From contig NZ_CP034549.1 of assembly GCF_003966335.1 (NCBI RefSeq), forward strand, positions 180,001-212,000: 32,000 nucleotides of DNA, read 5' to 3'. This stretch comes from Nonlabens ponticola. GTDB taxonomy: Bacteria > Bacteroidota > Bacteroidia > Flavobacteriales > Flavobacteriaceae. The notes beneath the pieces are model-generated. The model did no database searches. It was not told the origin of the DNA and worked only from the letters and a program-made list of their open reading frames with translations. Shown here piece after piece: positions 18,757 through 26,331 of this stretch. How positions within the stretch are numbered: the first letter of the stretch is position 1; every line of letters begins with the position of its first letter. Made by a program: the position numbers and the translations under genes.

Positions 18757-18838
18757 TGCGGATGACAGGAATCGAACCTGCACACCTTGCGGCACTAGAT
18801 CCTAAGTCTAGCGTGTCTACCAGTTCCACCACATCCGC
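18757..18838 (-). tRNA. tRNA-Leu (anticodon UAG), type II with a long variable arm; CCA not encoded
   Basis: Reverse complement folds by hand. Acceptor GCGGATG/CATCCGC. D arm GTG..AACTGGTAGA..CAC. Anticodon stem CTAGA/TCTAG with loop CTTAGGA. Variable arm TGCCGCAAGGTGT. T arm GCAGG-TTCGATT-CCTGT. Discriminator A. Confidence 0.9.
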
Positions 18839-19009
18839 AGAGTTTTGCTGACTACTTTATGCAAACTAAAACTAGGTTGCTGAGCGTAGCCGAAGCATAC
18901 TGGTTTTCCCTGTTTGGGACGGCAAATATACACACTTTTGAGATATTACAAATTCTTTGCATAAAGAAAAATGCTGCTTGCTATCTTTACCTCAAACCAT
19001 ATCATTTAC

Positions 19010-20395
19010 ATGAATACCAGACCGTATATAGACCAACACAAAGACCGATTTATCAACGAGCTTATTGACTTGCTCAAGATTCCATCCATCAGTGCAGATC
19101 CTGCCTACAAGGACGATGTGATCAAGACAGCACAGGTTGTTCACGACCAGCTCAAGAAAGCAGGCTGTGATCATGTTGAGATTTGTGAGACGCCAGGATA
19201 TCCTATTGTTTATGGAGAGAAAATGATCGATAAGGATCTGCCTACGGTTCTAGTTTATGGTCACTATGATGTGCAACCGCCAGATCCTGTAGAATTATGG
19301 GACAGCCCACCATTTGAGCCAGTCATCAAAAAAACCGACCTGCATCCTGATGGCGCCATCTTTGCGCGCGGCGCCTGTGACGATAAGGGCCAGATGTACA
19401 TGCACGTCAAGGCGATGGAATATATGACAACCAACAACGAGTTGCCCTGTAACGTCAAATTCATGATTGAAGGTGAAGAAGAAGTAGGTAGCGAGTCACT
19501 GGAGTGGTTCCTAGAACGCAATCAGGAAAAATTGGCTAATGACGTGATCCTGATTTCAGACACCGGTATGATTTCTAAGGAAACGCCTAGCATCACGACA
19601 GGCCTGCGTGGCCTTAGTTATGTAGAGGTAGAAGTTACAGGACCCAATCGTGACCTGCACTCTGGATTGTACGGTGGTGCCGTTGCCAATCCCATTAATA
19701 TCTTGTGCGATATGATTGGGCAATTGCATGATGAAAACAATCATATTACCATACCTGGTTTTTATGATAAAGTTGAAGAACTAAGCACAGAAGAACGTGC
19801 CGAAATGGCCAAAGCACCTTTCTCTCAAGAGGCCTACAATAAGGCGCTGGACATCAACGCAGAGCATGGTGAGAAAGGCTACACCACAAATGAGCGCAAC
19901 AGCATAAGACCAACACTAGACGTTAATGGTATTTGGGGTGGATACACTGGTGAAGGTGCCAAAACCGTCATAGCCAGCAAGGCGTTTGCCAAAATCTCCA
20001 TGCGCCTGGTTCCAGATCAGGACTGGAAAGAAATTACAGAGCTTTTCAAGAAACATTTTGAGAGCCTCGCACCAGAAAGTGTCACCGTCAAGGTAATGCC
20101 ACATCATGGTGGTATAGCCTACGTCACGCCTATCGACTCCATAGAATATCAGGCAGCTAGTGCAGCTTATGAAGATACCTTTGGTAAAAAACCTATTCCA
20201 CAACGTAGCGGTGGCTCCATTCCTATTGTCGCGCTATTTGAGAAGCAACTTAATAGCAAGTCTATTTTGATGGGCTTTGGGCTGGACAGCGATGCCATTC
20301 ACTCGCCTAACGAGCACTTTGGCGTCTGGAATTATCTTAAGGGCATCGAGACCATTCCACATTTTTACAAGCACTACACCGCGATGAAGAAGTAG
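19010..20395 (+). CDS. M20-family metallopeptidase (dipeptidase / ArgE-DapE-ACY1-CPG2 family)
   Basis: Start at ATG 19010 (MNTRPYIDQ). M20 metal-ligand motifs: VLVYGHYDVQP, ARGACDDKGQ, IEGEEEVGS, HSPNEH. Confidence 0.85.
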   Translation: MNTRPYIDQHKDRFINELIDLLKIPSISADPAYKDDVIKTAQVVHDQLKKAGCDHVEICETPGYPIVYGEKMIDKDLPTVLVYGHYDVQPPDPVELWDSPPFEPVIKKTDLHPDGAIFARGACDDKGQMYMHVKAMEYMTTNNELPCNVKFMIEGEEEVGSESLEWFLERNQEKLANDVILISDTGMISKETPSITTGLRGLSYVEVEVTGPNRDLHSGLYGGAVANPINILCDMIGQLHDENNHITIPGFYDKVEELSTEERAEMAKAPFSQEAYNKALDINAEHGEKGYTTNERNSIRPTLDVNGIWGGYTGEGAKTVIASKAFAKISMRLVPDQDWKEITELFKKHFESLAPESVTVKVMPHHGGIAYVTPIDSIEYQAASAAYEDTFGKKPIPQRSGGSIPIVALFEKQLNSKSILMGFGLDSDAIHSPNEHFGVWNYLKGIETIPHFYKHYTAMKK

Positions 20396-20414
20396 CAGTA
20401 AATAATACTCTATC

Positions 20415-20448
20415 AAAAAGTCCCATGAGTAGTTCATGGGACTTTTTT
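20415..20448. terminator. Bidirectional rho-independent terminator between convergent genes
   Basis: AAAAAGTCCCATGA-gtagt-TCATGGGACTTTTT, a 14-bp stem flanked by A and T runs. Confidence 0.85.
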
Positions 20449-20453
20449 GTTTA

Positions 20454-20469
20454 CGCTTTCGCGAAAGCG
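20454..20469. repeat. Iterated palindrome, 16-bp perfect copy (CGCTTTCGCGAAAGCG)
   Basis: Read directly. Intergenic. Shares the 20-mer GTTTACGCTTTCGCGAAAGC (20449-20468) with 21359-21378. Confidence 0.9.
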
Positions 20470-20483
20470 GTATAAAAACCAGA

Positions 20484-21224
20484 CTACCTAGCTTTATGAG
20501 TTCTGGTCAACACATAACGTATATCATAGATATCGACTGGCTCTGTGCAGCGTATAAGAACGCGTCCGCCGTTAGCTTCCCAAGTATTTAAGGTGTAGGC
20601 ATTGAAGGAACTCAAGTAATAGTGCTCGATACCATTACCCTTAGTCAACACAAAATCCCTGGTGTAGATGTTTCCTACCGTACCTCCAATGTTGATGGAT
20701 AGAGTAACTCGAGTATCCTCATTTGTACGAGGTCTCATTTTAAATTCAATAACCACATTGAGACCATCGCCGTTGCGTCCAGTGATCGTTTGCGAGGCCA
20801 CATTATAGAATTCAGAAACATCCACGGGCAACTGTGATTCAATCTTACTACCCGCATTGTTAGGTAAGTAGTAGGTAGTATTTGCAGCTACCAGTCCTGG
20901 TGATGTGTCGGTAAATTGCGTATCATTATAAACTGCCCAACCCGTATAATCGCTATTGGTCGTTGTCGATGACATCTCTTGCCATGTATTACCATCATAA
21001 TAATTAAAGGCATCGATATCAGTATCATAGACCAAAAGGCCTTTGGCAGGATTTACAATTGCAGCAATCTGCGCACTAGTCATCCTAGGTGTCAACATAC
21101 CTTGGGTCGTTGAGCTTACATCCAGCAATGATGATGGATCAGGATCGGTAGTACCTATACCTACTTGTGCCATTGAAGTAAGGGAAAAGCACAAGAGAAC
21201 GATAACGATGTAGAGTCTCTTCAT
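20484..21224 (-). CDS. Secreted hypothetical protein with a Bacteroidota-typical N-terminal VGIGT...L(T/I)PRMT...GLLVYDTD...YYDGxxW region
   Basis: 246 aa with a signal peptide (SLTSMAQ). I recall the N-terminal ~65 aa motif from many flavobacterial surface or hypothetical proteins. The C-terminal ~150 aa is beta-rich and unassigned. Confidence 0.6.
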   Translation of the reverse strand: MKRLYIVIVLLCFSLTSMAQVGIGTTDPDPSSLLDVSSTTQGMLTPRMTSAQIAAIVNPAKGLLVYDTDIDAFNYYDGNTWQEMSSTTTNSDYTGWAVYNDTQFTDTSPGLVAANTTYYLPNNAGSKIESQLPVDVSEFYNVASQTITGRNGDGLNVVIEFKMRPRTNEDTRVTLSINIGGTVGNIYTRDFVLTKGNGIEHYYLSSFNAYTLNTWEANGGRVLIRCTEPVDIYDIRYVLTRTHKAR

Positions 21225-21364
21225 TTTTATTCACTTATGGTAATTAAAATTAGATTTTTATTAGTCGAGTAGGGTACTTTTTGAAGATTAAAAATAGTAA
21301 AAATCGATTAAAAGCATGTTTATACTAAAAACTTGGATTTGGATTGAATTGTTTTGAGGTTTAC

Positions 21365-21378
21365 GCTTTCGCGAAAGC
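21365..21378. repeat. Iterated palindrome, 14-bp core copy (GCTTTCGCGAAAGC)
   Basis: Read directly. Intergenic. Confidence 0.9.
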
Positions 21379-21664
21379 TTAATTTCTTTCCGACCGCATC
21401 CATAGCAATCATCTTATAAATATTAGCATCTATCCTGCAAGACGGCATCGTGCTATGGCACCAAGATTGAGAAATACAACAGCTCAGTCACATGATCGTT
21501 AATCGTATATCAACTCTTGATCGACAATTTATCGCAACTTGAGCCTGTTTTGCTGAGTTTTGCTCAACATCTATTACCTATGCCTCACTTGGCATATTTT
21601 GTAGTTTCATCTATTCCAGCGCGAGATGCGGACCTGCGTCAGCATGACAGTACATCTTAGATTA

Positions 21665-21705
21665 TTGAGCTTGGAATTCGAGATTTTGAACTTGGAACTT
21701 GGGTT
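21665..21705 (+). repeat. Degenerate heptad array (TTGGAAT/TCGAGAT/TTTGAAC/TTGGAAC...)
   Basis: Period-7 pattern read directly. Units are diverged. Confidence 0.5.
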
Positions 21706-21747
21706 TTTCCCATTAAAATAGTTCTCGACTTCGCTCGAACAAGCAGT

Positions 21748-21796
21748 TTGGAACTCGGAACTTGGAGCTTGGAGCTTGGAGCTTGGAGCTTGGAAT
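21748..21796 (+). repeat. Heptanucleotide tandem repeat: (TTGGAGC)x4 perfect, flanked by diverged units TTGGAAC, TCGGAAC and TTGGAAT
   Basis: Read directly. Ends about 15 bp upstream of the first BlaI-type operator. Confidence 0.9.
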
Positions 21797-21811
21797 TTGA
21801 AAATTCCACCT

Positions 21812-21825
21812 TCTACACTTGTAGA
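21812..21825. promoter_or_regulatory. BlaI/MecI-type operator 1 (TCTACA-ct-TGTAGA palindrome)
   Basis: TACA/TGTA inverted-repeat dyad, typical of BlaI/MecI/CopY-family operators, upstream of the repressor gene. Confidence 0.6.
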
Positions 21826-21838
21826 ATTGCATTTTTAT

Positions 21839-21852
21839 TCTACATTTGTAGA
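21839..21852. promoter_or_regulatory. BlaI/MecI-type operator 2 (TCTACA-tt-TGTAGA), overlapping a TAnnTTTG -7 box (TACATTTG, 21842-21849)
   Basis: Second copy of the dyad, 27 bp after the first and 22 bp before the ATG at 21874. The overlap with a Bacteroidota -7 consensus suggests autorepression. Confidence 0.6.
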
Positions 21853-21873
21853 TGTGGTTCTAAATACATAGAA

Positions 21874-22239
21874 ATGAAGTTATCAAAGTCAGAAGAAGAA
21901 TTGATGAACATCATCTGGAAAAAGGAAAAAGCCTTTATGAAAGATTTACTAGAAGCCTACCCTGAACCCAAACCTAAAAGTACGACCATCGCTACCATGC
22001 TCAAACGCATGACCGATAAAGGTTTTGTTGGCTACAAATTGTATGGAAATAGCCGTCAGTACCACGCACTTATTGAAAAAAGCGCTTACTTCTCAAAGCA
22101 TGTCAACGGATTGATCAAGAATTTCTTTAACGACAGCGCCTCGCAGTTTGCTTCATTCTTCACCAAAGAAACCAATCTATCACAAAAAGAACTGAAAGAA
22201 CTCAAGAAAATTATTGATGACCAAATTAAAGACGCCTAG
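21874..22239 (+). CDS. BlaI/MecI/CopY-family winged-helix transcriptional repressor
   Basis: Start at ATG 21874 (MKLSKSEEELMNIIWKKEKAFMKDLLEAY...STTIATMLKRMTDKGFV...YHALI). About 121 aa, typical size. The upstream part of the tracked ORF only reads through the heptamer repeats. The stop lies 2 bp before the sensor gene. Confidence 0.85.
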   Translation: MKLSKSEEELMNIIWKKEKAFMKDLLEAYPEPKPKSTTIATMLKRMTDKGFVGYKLYGNSRQYHALIEKSAYFSKHVNGLIKNFFNDSASQFASFFTKETNLSQKELKELKKIIDDQIKDA

Positions 22240-22241
22240 CA

Positions 22242-25019
22242 ATGGAACAGCATCTTATAAATAGCTCTATTTGTCTGTTCAGCTTATGGCTGACTTATAA
22301 ATTATTACTGGAAAATACCAGCTGGCATCGTTTCAAAAGATTTTATTTACTGGGTAGCGTGGTAGCTTCTGCGATAGTTCCACTTATTGTGGTGCGCACA
22401 ATCGTTATACCGGTACAGATATATCAAACACCTGTGATACCAGAGTTTGAGTATGTTGAAACGACAGTAGCAGAAACTGGATTTCAAATAGATTGGATGA
22501 TGGTCCTGATGGCCATTTACATTATCGGCACCTTGATCATGGCAACAAGGCTAGCGCTCAATCTACGCAATCTTAGAGTCCAACCAACGGACGAGATCAC
22601 AGAATACAAAAACTATCAGCTTGTTCTTAGATCATTGATAGAAGTTCCGCATTCGTTTTTAAATAAGATTTATGCTTCCAGAAAAAACTATCATGCTGGC
22701 AGAATTCCTGAAGTAGTTCTAGATCATGAGAAAGCACATCTGGATCAAAAGCACAGTCTGGATATTCTATTTATAGAAGCCCTTATCGTCCTGATGTGGT
22801 TCAATCCGCTGGTGTATTTACTTAAATATTCGGTTAAACTCAATCACGAATTCCTAGCCGATCAAGCCGTGATCGCTGCAGGTGCTAACACACATCAATA
22901 TCAAGAAACGCTGCTTGCATTTACCGCTGGCAAACAGCAACGAGCACTTGCCAACACCTTTAATTTTCCCATCATCAAGAAAAGATTTACCATTATGAAA
23001 ACACAGACAAACCATACTGCTGGACTTTTGAGAAGTCTAGCCATTATTCCAGTTCTTGCTCTTCTTGTGATAAGCTGCGGTCAAGAAGAAACTGTCATGG
23101 AAACAGATGTCATCGAAGAAGAAAAATCTGAGGAATTAGACGAAAAATTTATTGTTATTGAAGCAAAAGCTAACGAAGGCGTCGTTTATGTAAAAGGTGT
23201 TGATTACAAGTATGTACGAGATGATGCCAAAATCAACTTCTATGATTCCGTAGGAAATAAAATTGACTTTGAAAATCAAGGGTATACCTTAATAGAAATA
23301 GAAGAAATCGATGAAGAAATCATTTATGAGCAAATTGATATTACAGCGAAAGAAATCAAAGAGTACGACAATCTAGCTCAAAAACACACCGCTGAACTAG
23401 AAGAAAAAGGAAATTCCATTTTTCTAGGAAAAGAGACTACGAGAATGCAAGCTCTTTGGCATAATATGAATACCCAACAAAAAGCCAAAGCAGAGCCATG
23501 GCCATATGTAGGTGTAGGTGATACCGAAGCCGGTGAAATCGCAGCGCCACCAGTACCTAAGAAAAATGATACTATGTTATCAGGTATGCCATTGTCCAAT
23601 GGAGCCAAAATTATATATGCGCCAGTATCAATGCCTGCTTATGATTTCAATGCCAATTTTTATAATCAATCCGATTTAGCCAAACTCAGAAAACAATACG
23701 GTCAAAATCTTATAGCAATTACTGGTTACACGAACTATGAAGGAAATAGATATGAATATGCCGAAGATTACAAAGGCGGTACGTATTTCAATGAAAATAT
23801 GGAAATGGTCGATCTTGAAAAAAAAGCTAGAGGCAAAATAATTCGCAAAACCATATTGCCACCACCGCCGCCACCGCCGATGCCATCTAATGCAAGCATC
23901 ATTAAAGGTCTGAATAACGGTAGCATGAAGTTATTCATTAAAGGAAATCCTGCTAGCACAAGTGAGGCGGCACGCCTTCCAGAATCTTATAAGAATAATG
24001 AGATGTACATGAAACGTAAGAATGGCGTCTTAAATATTTATTTTGAAGGTGAATTAAACGATAAGGCCGCCACAGAGAAGATATCACCGCAAATAACTAC
24101 CGATAAAGACAAGCAAACAGCAAGTATTCAAAACGGCTCATGGAAAGATGTGAAATACTTTCTACAATCAGGAACAGAAAGTACATCAGAGTCGCAAGCC
24201 AATGAAGATTACCAAAAAAGAATGGCATTTCTAAATTTAGCCGACAAACAATTAAAGCCAGTTAACTATACTATTGATGGCAGAAAGGTAAACCAAGCTC
24301 AAGTGAAGCAATTGATTGCAAGCAATAACTCGGTACCGTTCTCTTTGGTCACTGAAAAAGGTGATCAACATGAGCTAGCTTTCAAAACTTCGAATGAAAG
24401 AATATCAGCCACTGAGCTTCAAAAGATGTATTCGCGCTTATTTGAGACCGTAGATCTTAACAAGAATAGAAAACAGTTTGTACTTGTATCGTCAAATGCT
24501 ACCACAAGACCTCAACAGGATACTCTTTACACGATTACCGATAAAGCCACAAATGAGAAGATGGATGTCAGATTTGTAAGAACAGAAGATCCCTACTCTT
24601 TTTATGAGCTTAATGGTGATAGAGGCGATGGTACTTTTATTCATAATGGCGTCAAATACAAATACAACATGCCCACCGACCTGAGCCTAGAACTTTTTGA
24701 CGAGGATGGAAAAAAACTTACATCTGATCAAATCAAAAAGTTGAAATTAGTACTAACTCCTATCTGGAACAGCAAATCAGAAGAAAAAGTACTTAAAAAT
24801 GACCCAGTAGTACGACAATATTTTGAAAATGGAAATGCCGTATTTTTCCATAGAGACGGCTATACAAACGATTATGCAGAAATGATCGCCTATGATTTTG
24901 GCGACACCTATATTCATAAATTCTTGGAACACGGCAAACTAAGAATTGACCTGATCCCATACAGCTGGAAAAAAACTAATCCAACATTGATTGACTTCTT
25001 TAAAAGAGATAATATTTAA
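22242..25019 (+). CDS. BlaR1-like M56 metallopeptidase membrane sensor with a ~640-aa unassigned extracytoplasmic C-terminal region
   Basis: N-terminal TM helices. HEXXH (DHEKAHLDQKH) and the LNHEFLAD motif of family M56. Last TM at about aa 262-280. Then an acidic stretch, a Pro7 run (nt 23859-23879) and repeated G-x-(K/R)-Y-(K/E)-Y motifs. Confidence 0.8.
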   Translation: MEQHLINSSICLFSLWLTYKLLLENTSWHRFKRFYLLGSVVASAIVPLIVVRTIVIPVQIYQTPVIPEFEYVETTVAETGFQIDWMMVLMAIYIIGTLIMATRLALNLRNLRVQPTDEITEYKNYQLVLRSLIEVPHSFLNKIYASRKNYHAGRIPEVVLDHEKAHLDQKHSLDILFIEALIVLMWFNPLVYLLKYSVKLNHEFLADQAVIAAGANTHQYQETLLAFTAGKQQRALANTFNFPIIKKRFTIMKTQTNHTAGLLRSLAIIPVLALLVISCGQEETVMETDVIEEEKSEELDEKFIVIEAKANEGVVYVKGVDYKYVRDDAKINFYDSVGNKIDFENQGYTLIEIEEIDEEIIYEQIDITAKEIKEYDNLAQKHTAELEEKGNSIFLGKETTRMQALWHNMNTQQKAKAEPWPYVGVGDTEAGEIAAPPVPKKNDTMLSGMPLSNGAKIIYAPVSMPAYDFNANFYNQSDLAKLRKQYGQNLIAITGYTNYEGNRYEYAEDYKGGTYFNENMEMVDLEKKARGKIIRKTILPPPPPPPMPSNASIIKGLNNGSMKLFIKGNPASTSEAARLPESYKNNEMYMKRKNGVLNIYFEGELNDKAATEKISPQITTDKDKQTASIQNGSWKDVKYFLQSGTESTSESQANEDYQKRMAFLNLADKQLKPVNYTIDGRKVNQAQVKQLIASNNSVPFSLVTEKGDQHELAFKTSNERISATELQKMYSRLFETVDLNKNRKQFVLVSSNATTRPQQDTLYTITDKATNEKMDVRFVRTEDPYSFYELNGDRGDGTFIHNGVKYKYNMPTDLSLELFDEDGKKLTSDQIKKLKLVLTPIWNSKSEEKVLKNDPVVRQYFENGNAVFFHRDGYTNDYAEMIAYDFGDTYIHKFLEHGKLRIDLIPYSWKKTNPTLIDFFKRDNI

Positions 25020-25094
25020 ACTGAGCGTAAACTCAAGTTCAAGTCTAATACCATTTCGTTTATCCGCACGTTATAGTCTTCTAATCAAGAGACT

Positions 25095-26195
25095 ATGCAA
25101 TCATTTTTCATCTTCTGCAGCGGCGCAGATGCAGACCTACTGGACCAGTGCAGTGCTGGCGAGCGCAACAAATATGCAGGTATAGGCGCCACGGTATTTT
25201 TTACGGCACTTATGGCGTTTTTTGCGGCTAGCTATGCGTTATTCACTGTATTTGATAGCTATTTAATTGCTAGTGCTTTTGGCTTGGTTTGGGGTTTGTT
25301 AATCTTCAATCTGGATCGCTATATCGTGAGCACGCTCAAGAAAAGTGACAGGAAAATTAATGAGATCTGGCAGGCGACGCCGCGCATTCTGCTGGCGATT
25401 ATCATTGCCGTCGTCATTTCAAAACCGTTGGAGCTCAAGATCTTTGAAAAGGAGATCGATCAGGTGCTGCTGGAACAAAAGAATCAGTTGACATTAGCTA
25501 ATCAGGAACAAGTTGGCTTGCTGTATGCTGGTGACGAGTTAGCTTTCGCGAAAGCTATACAAGAATTAAACAACGAAATTGCGACCAAGGAAGCGCAAGT
25601 CGAGCAACTATACAGCACGTACATCGCAGAGGCCGAAGGAACCGCAGGCACCAACCGCATAGGAAAAGGACCAGTTTATCAAGAGAAACGCGACAAACAC
25701 GACGCCGCACTCGCTGAATTGACATCACTCAAAGCCATCAACGCAGCCAAAATTGCAGACCTTGAATCGCAGCTAGCACAACTGCAAACCCAAGAAGCCG
25801 AACAGCTTGCCGCAACGCAGCCCGTAATTGATAATTTTGATGGATTGATGGCGCGTATTGCTGCGCTCAACTCGCTACCGTTCTTGACTTCGTTCTTCAT
25901 TTTTCTCTTGTTTCTAGCGGTAGAAACCTCACCAATTATTGCCAAACTACTCGCACCGCGCGGTGAGTATGACTACAAGCTAGCCGAGCGTGAGAACCTT
26001 GTAAAATCATGGGTGTTGCAGCAACAGTCACAGCAACAAATCCTCATGCAAACCGATCGTGAACTCAACAACCGAGTTTACAGCGACATCGCCGACGAGG
26101 ACGAACTCTACCAGTACAAAAAGAAAACCGCACGCCAACTCATGCAAAAACAAGCCGATGCTTTCTATGAGAAGCAAAAACGTATTTTGGGGTAG
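25095..26195 (+). CDS. DUF4407-like membrane protein with a central coiled coil
   Basis: N-terminus FFIFCSGADADLLDQCSAGERNKYAGIGATVFFTA, then TM helices and LIFNLDRYIV, as I recall for DUF4407. Long Q/E/A-rich coiled coil and a further TM (LPFLTSFFIFLLFLAVE). Family call is from memory. Confidence 0.6.
   Translation: MQSFFIFCSGADADLLDQCSAGERNKYAGIGATVFFTALMAFFAASYALFTVFDSYLIASAFGLVWGLLIFNLDRYIVSTLKKSDRKINEIWQATPRILLAIIIAVVISKPLELKIFEKEIDQVLLEQKNQLTLANQEQVGLLYAGDELAFAKAIQELNNEIATKEAQVEQLYSTYIAEAEGTAGTNRIGKGPVYQEKRDKHDAALAELTSLKAINAAKIADLESQLAQLQTQEAEQLAATQPVIDNFDGLMARIAALNSLPFLTSFFIFLLFLAVETSPIIAKLLAPRGEYDYKLAERENLVKSWVLQQQSQQQILMQTDRELNNRVYSDIADEDELYQYKKKTARQLMQKQADAFYEKQKRILG
25540..25557. 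repeat. Iterated palindrome, 18-bp perfect copy (TAGCTTTCGCGAAAGCTA)
   Basis: Read directly. Inside CDS 25095-26195, encoding LAFAKAI. Confidence 0.9.
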
Positions 26196-26211
26196 ATGGA
26201 GGATTAAGAGT

Positions 26212-26260
26212 GTGGAGTATGGAGTATGGAGTATGGAGTATGGAGTATGGAGTATGGAAA
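26212..26260 (+). repeat. Heptanucleotide tandem repeat: GTGGAGT, (ATGGAGT)x5, ATGGAAA
   Basis: Read directly. Starts 17 bp after the DUF4407-like stop codon. Confidence 0.9.
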
Positions 26261-26310
26261 CTGAACGATTCTTATGACATCTATGCTTAATTAAAGAACT
26301 CGTACTTGTC

Positions 26311-26331
26311 ATGCTGAGTTCAGCTCAGCAT
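26311..26331 (+). other. 8-bp stem hairpin (ATGCTGAG-ttcag-CTCAGCAT) within a REP-like motif TGTCATGCTGA...GCATC
   Basis: Read directly. No T-run follows, so a terminator role is uncertain. An inverted, related motif lies at 21626-21651. Confidence 0.4.

Noticed and set aside
18357-18838. Classical integrase-mediated genomic island at tRNA-Leu
   Set aside because: No integrase, excisionase or other cargo is present. The duplicated tRNA halves are only about 260 bp apart and enclose just the GIY-YIG ORF.
18859-19068. 69-aa ORF between the tRNA and the dipeptidase, and the first 13 codons of ORF 18971-20395
   Set aside because: No motifs are present and it overlaps the dipeptidase start region out of frame. 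The dipeptidase most plausibly starts at ATG 19010.
21748-21873. N-terminal 42 aa of the tracked BlaI ORF (MELGTWSLELGAWSLEF...)
   Set aside because: This is a translation of the heptanucleotide repeats and the operator region. The repressor family is about 120 aa, and the ATG at 21874 follows the predicted -7 box.
24991-25185. 64-aa ORF spanning the blaR1-DUF4407 junction
   Set aside because: It overlaps both flanking CDS ends, is Ser/Leu-rich and has no support.
21748-26260. Possibility that the tandem arrays are CRISPR-like
   Set aside because: The units are 7 bp with no spacers, and no cas genes are present. They are simple heptanucleotide tandem repeats.
26028-26312. 94-aa (minus) and 72-aa (plus, 26059-26277) ORFs with repeating HTPYSIL / EYGVWSM peptides
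   Set aside because: They are artefacts of reading through the (ATGGAGT)n array, and they overlap the 3' end of the DUF4407-like CDS.
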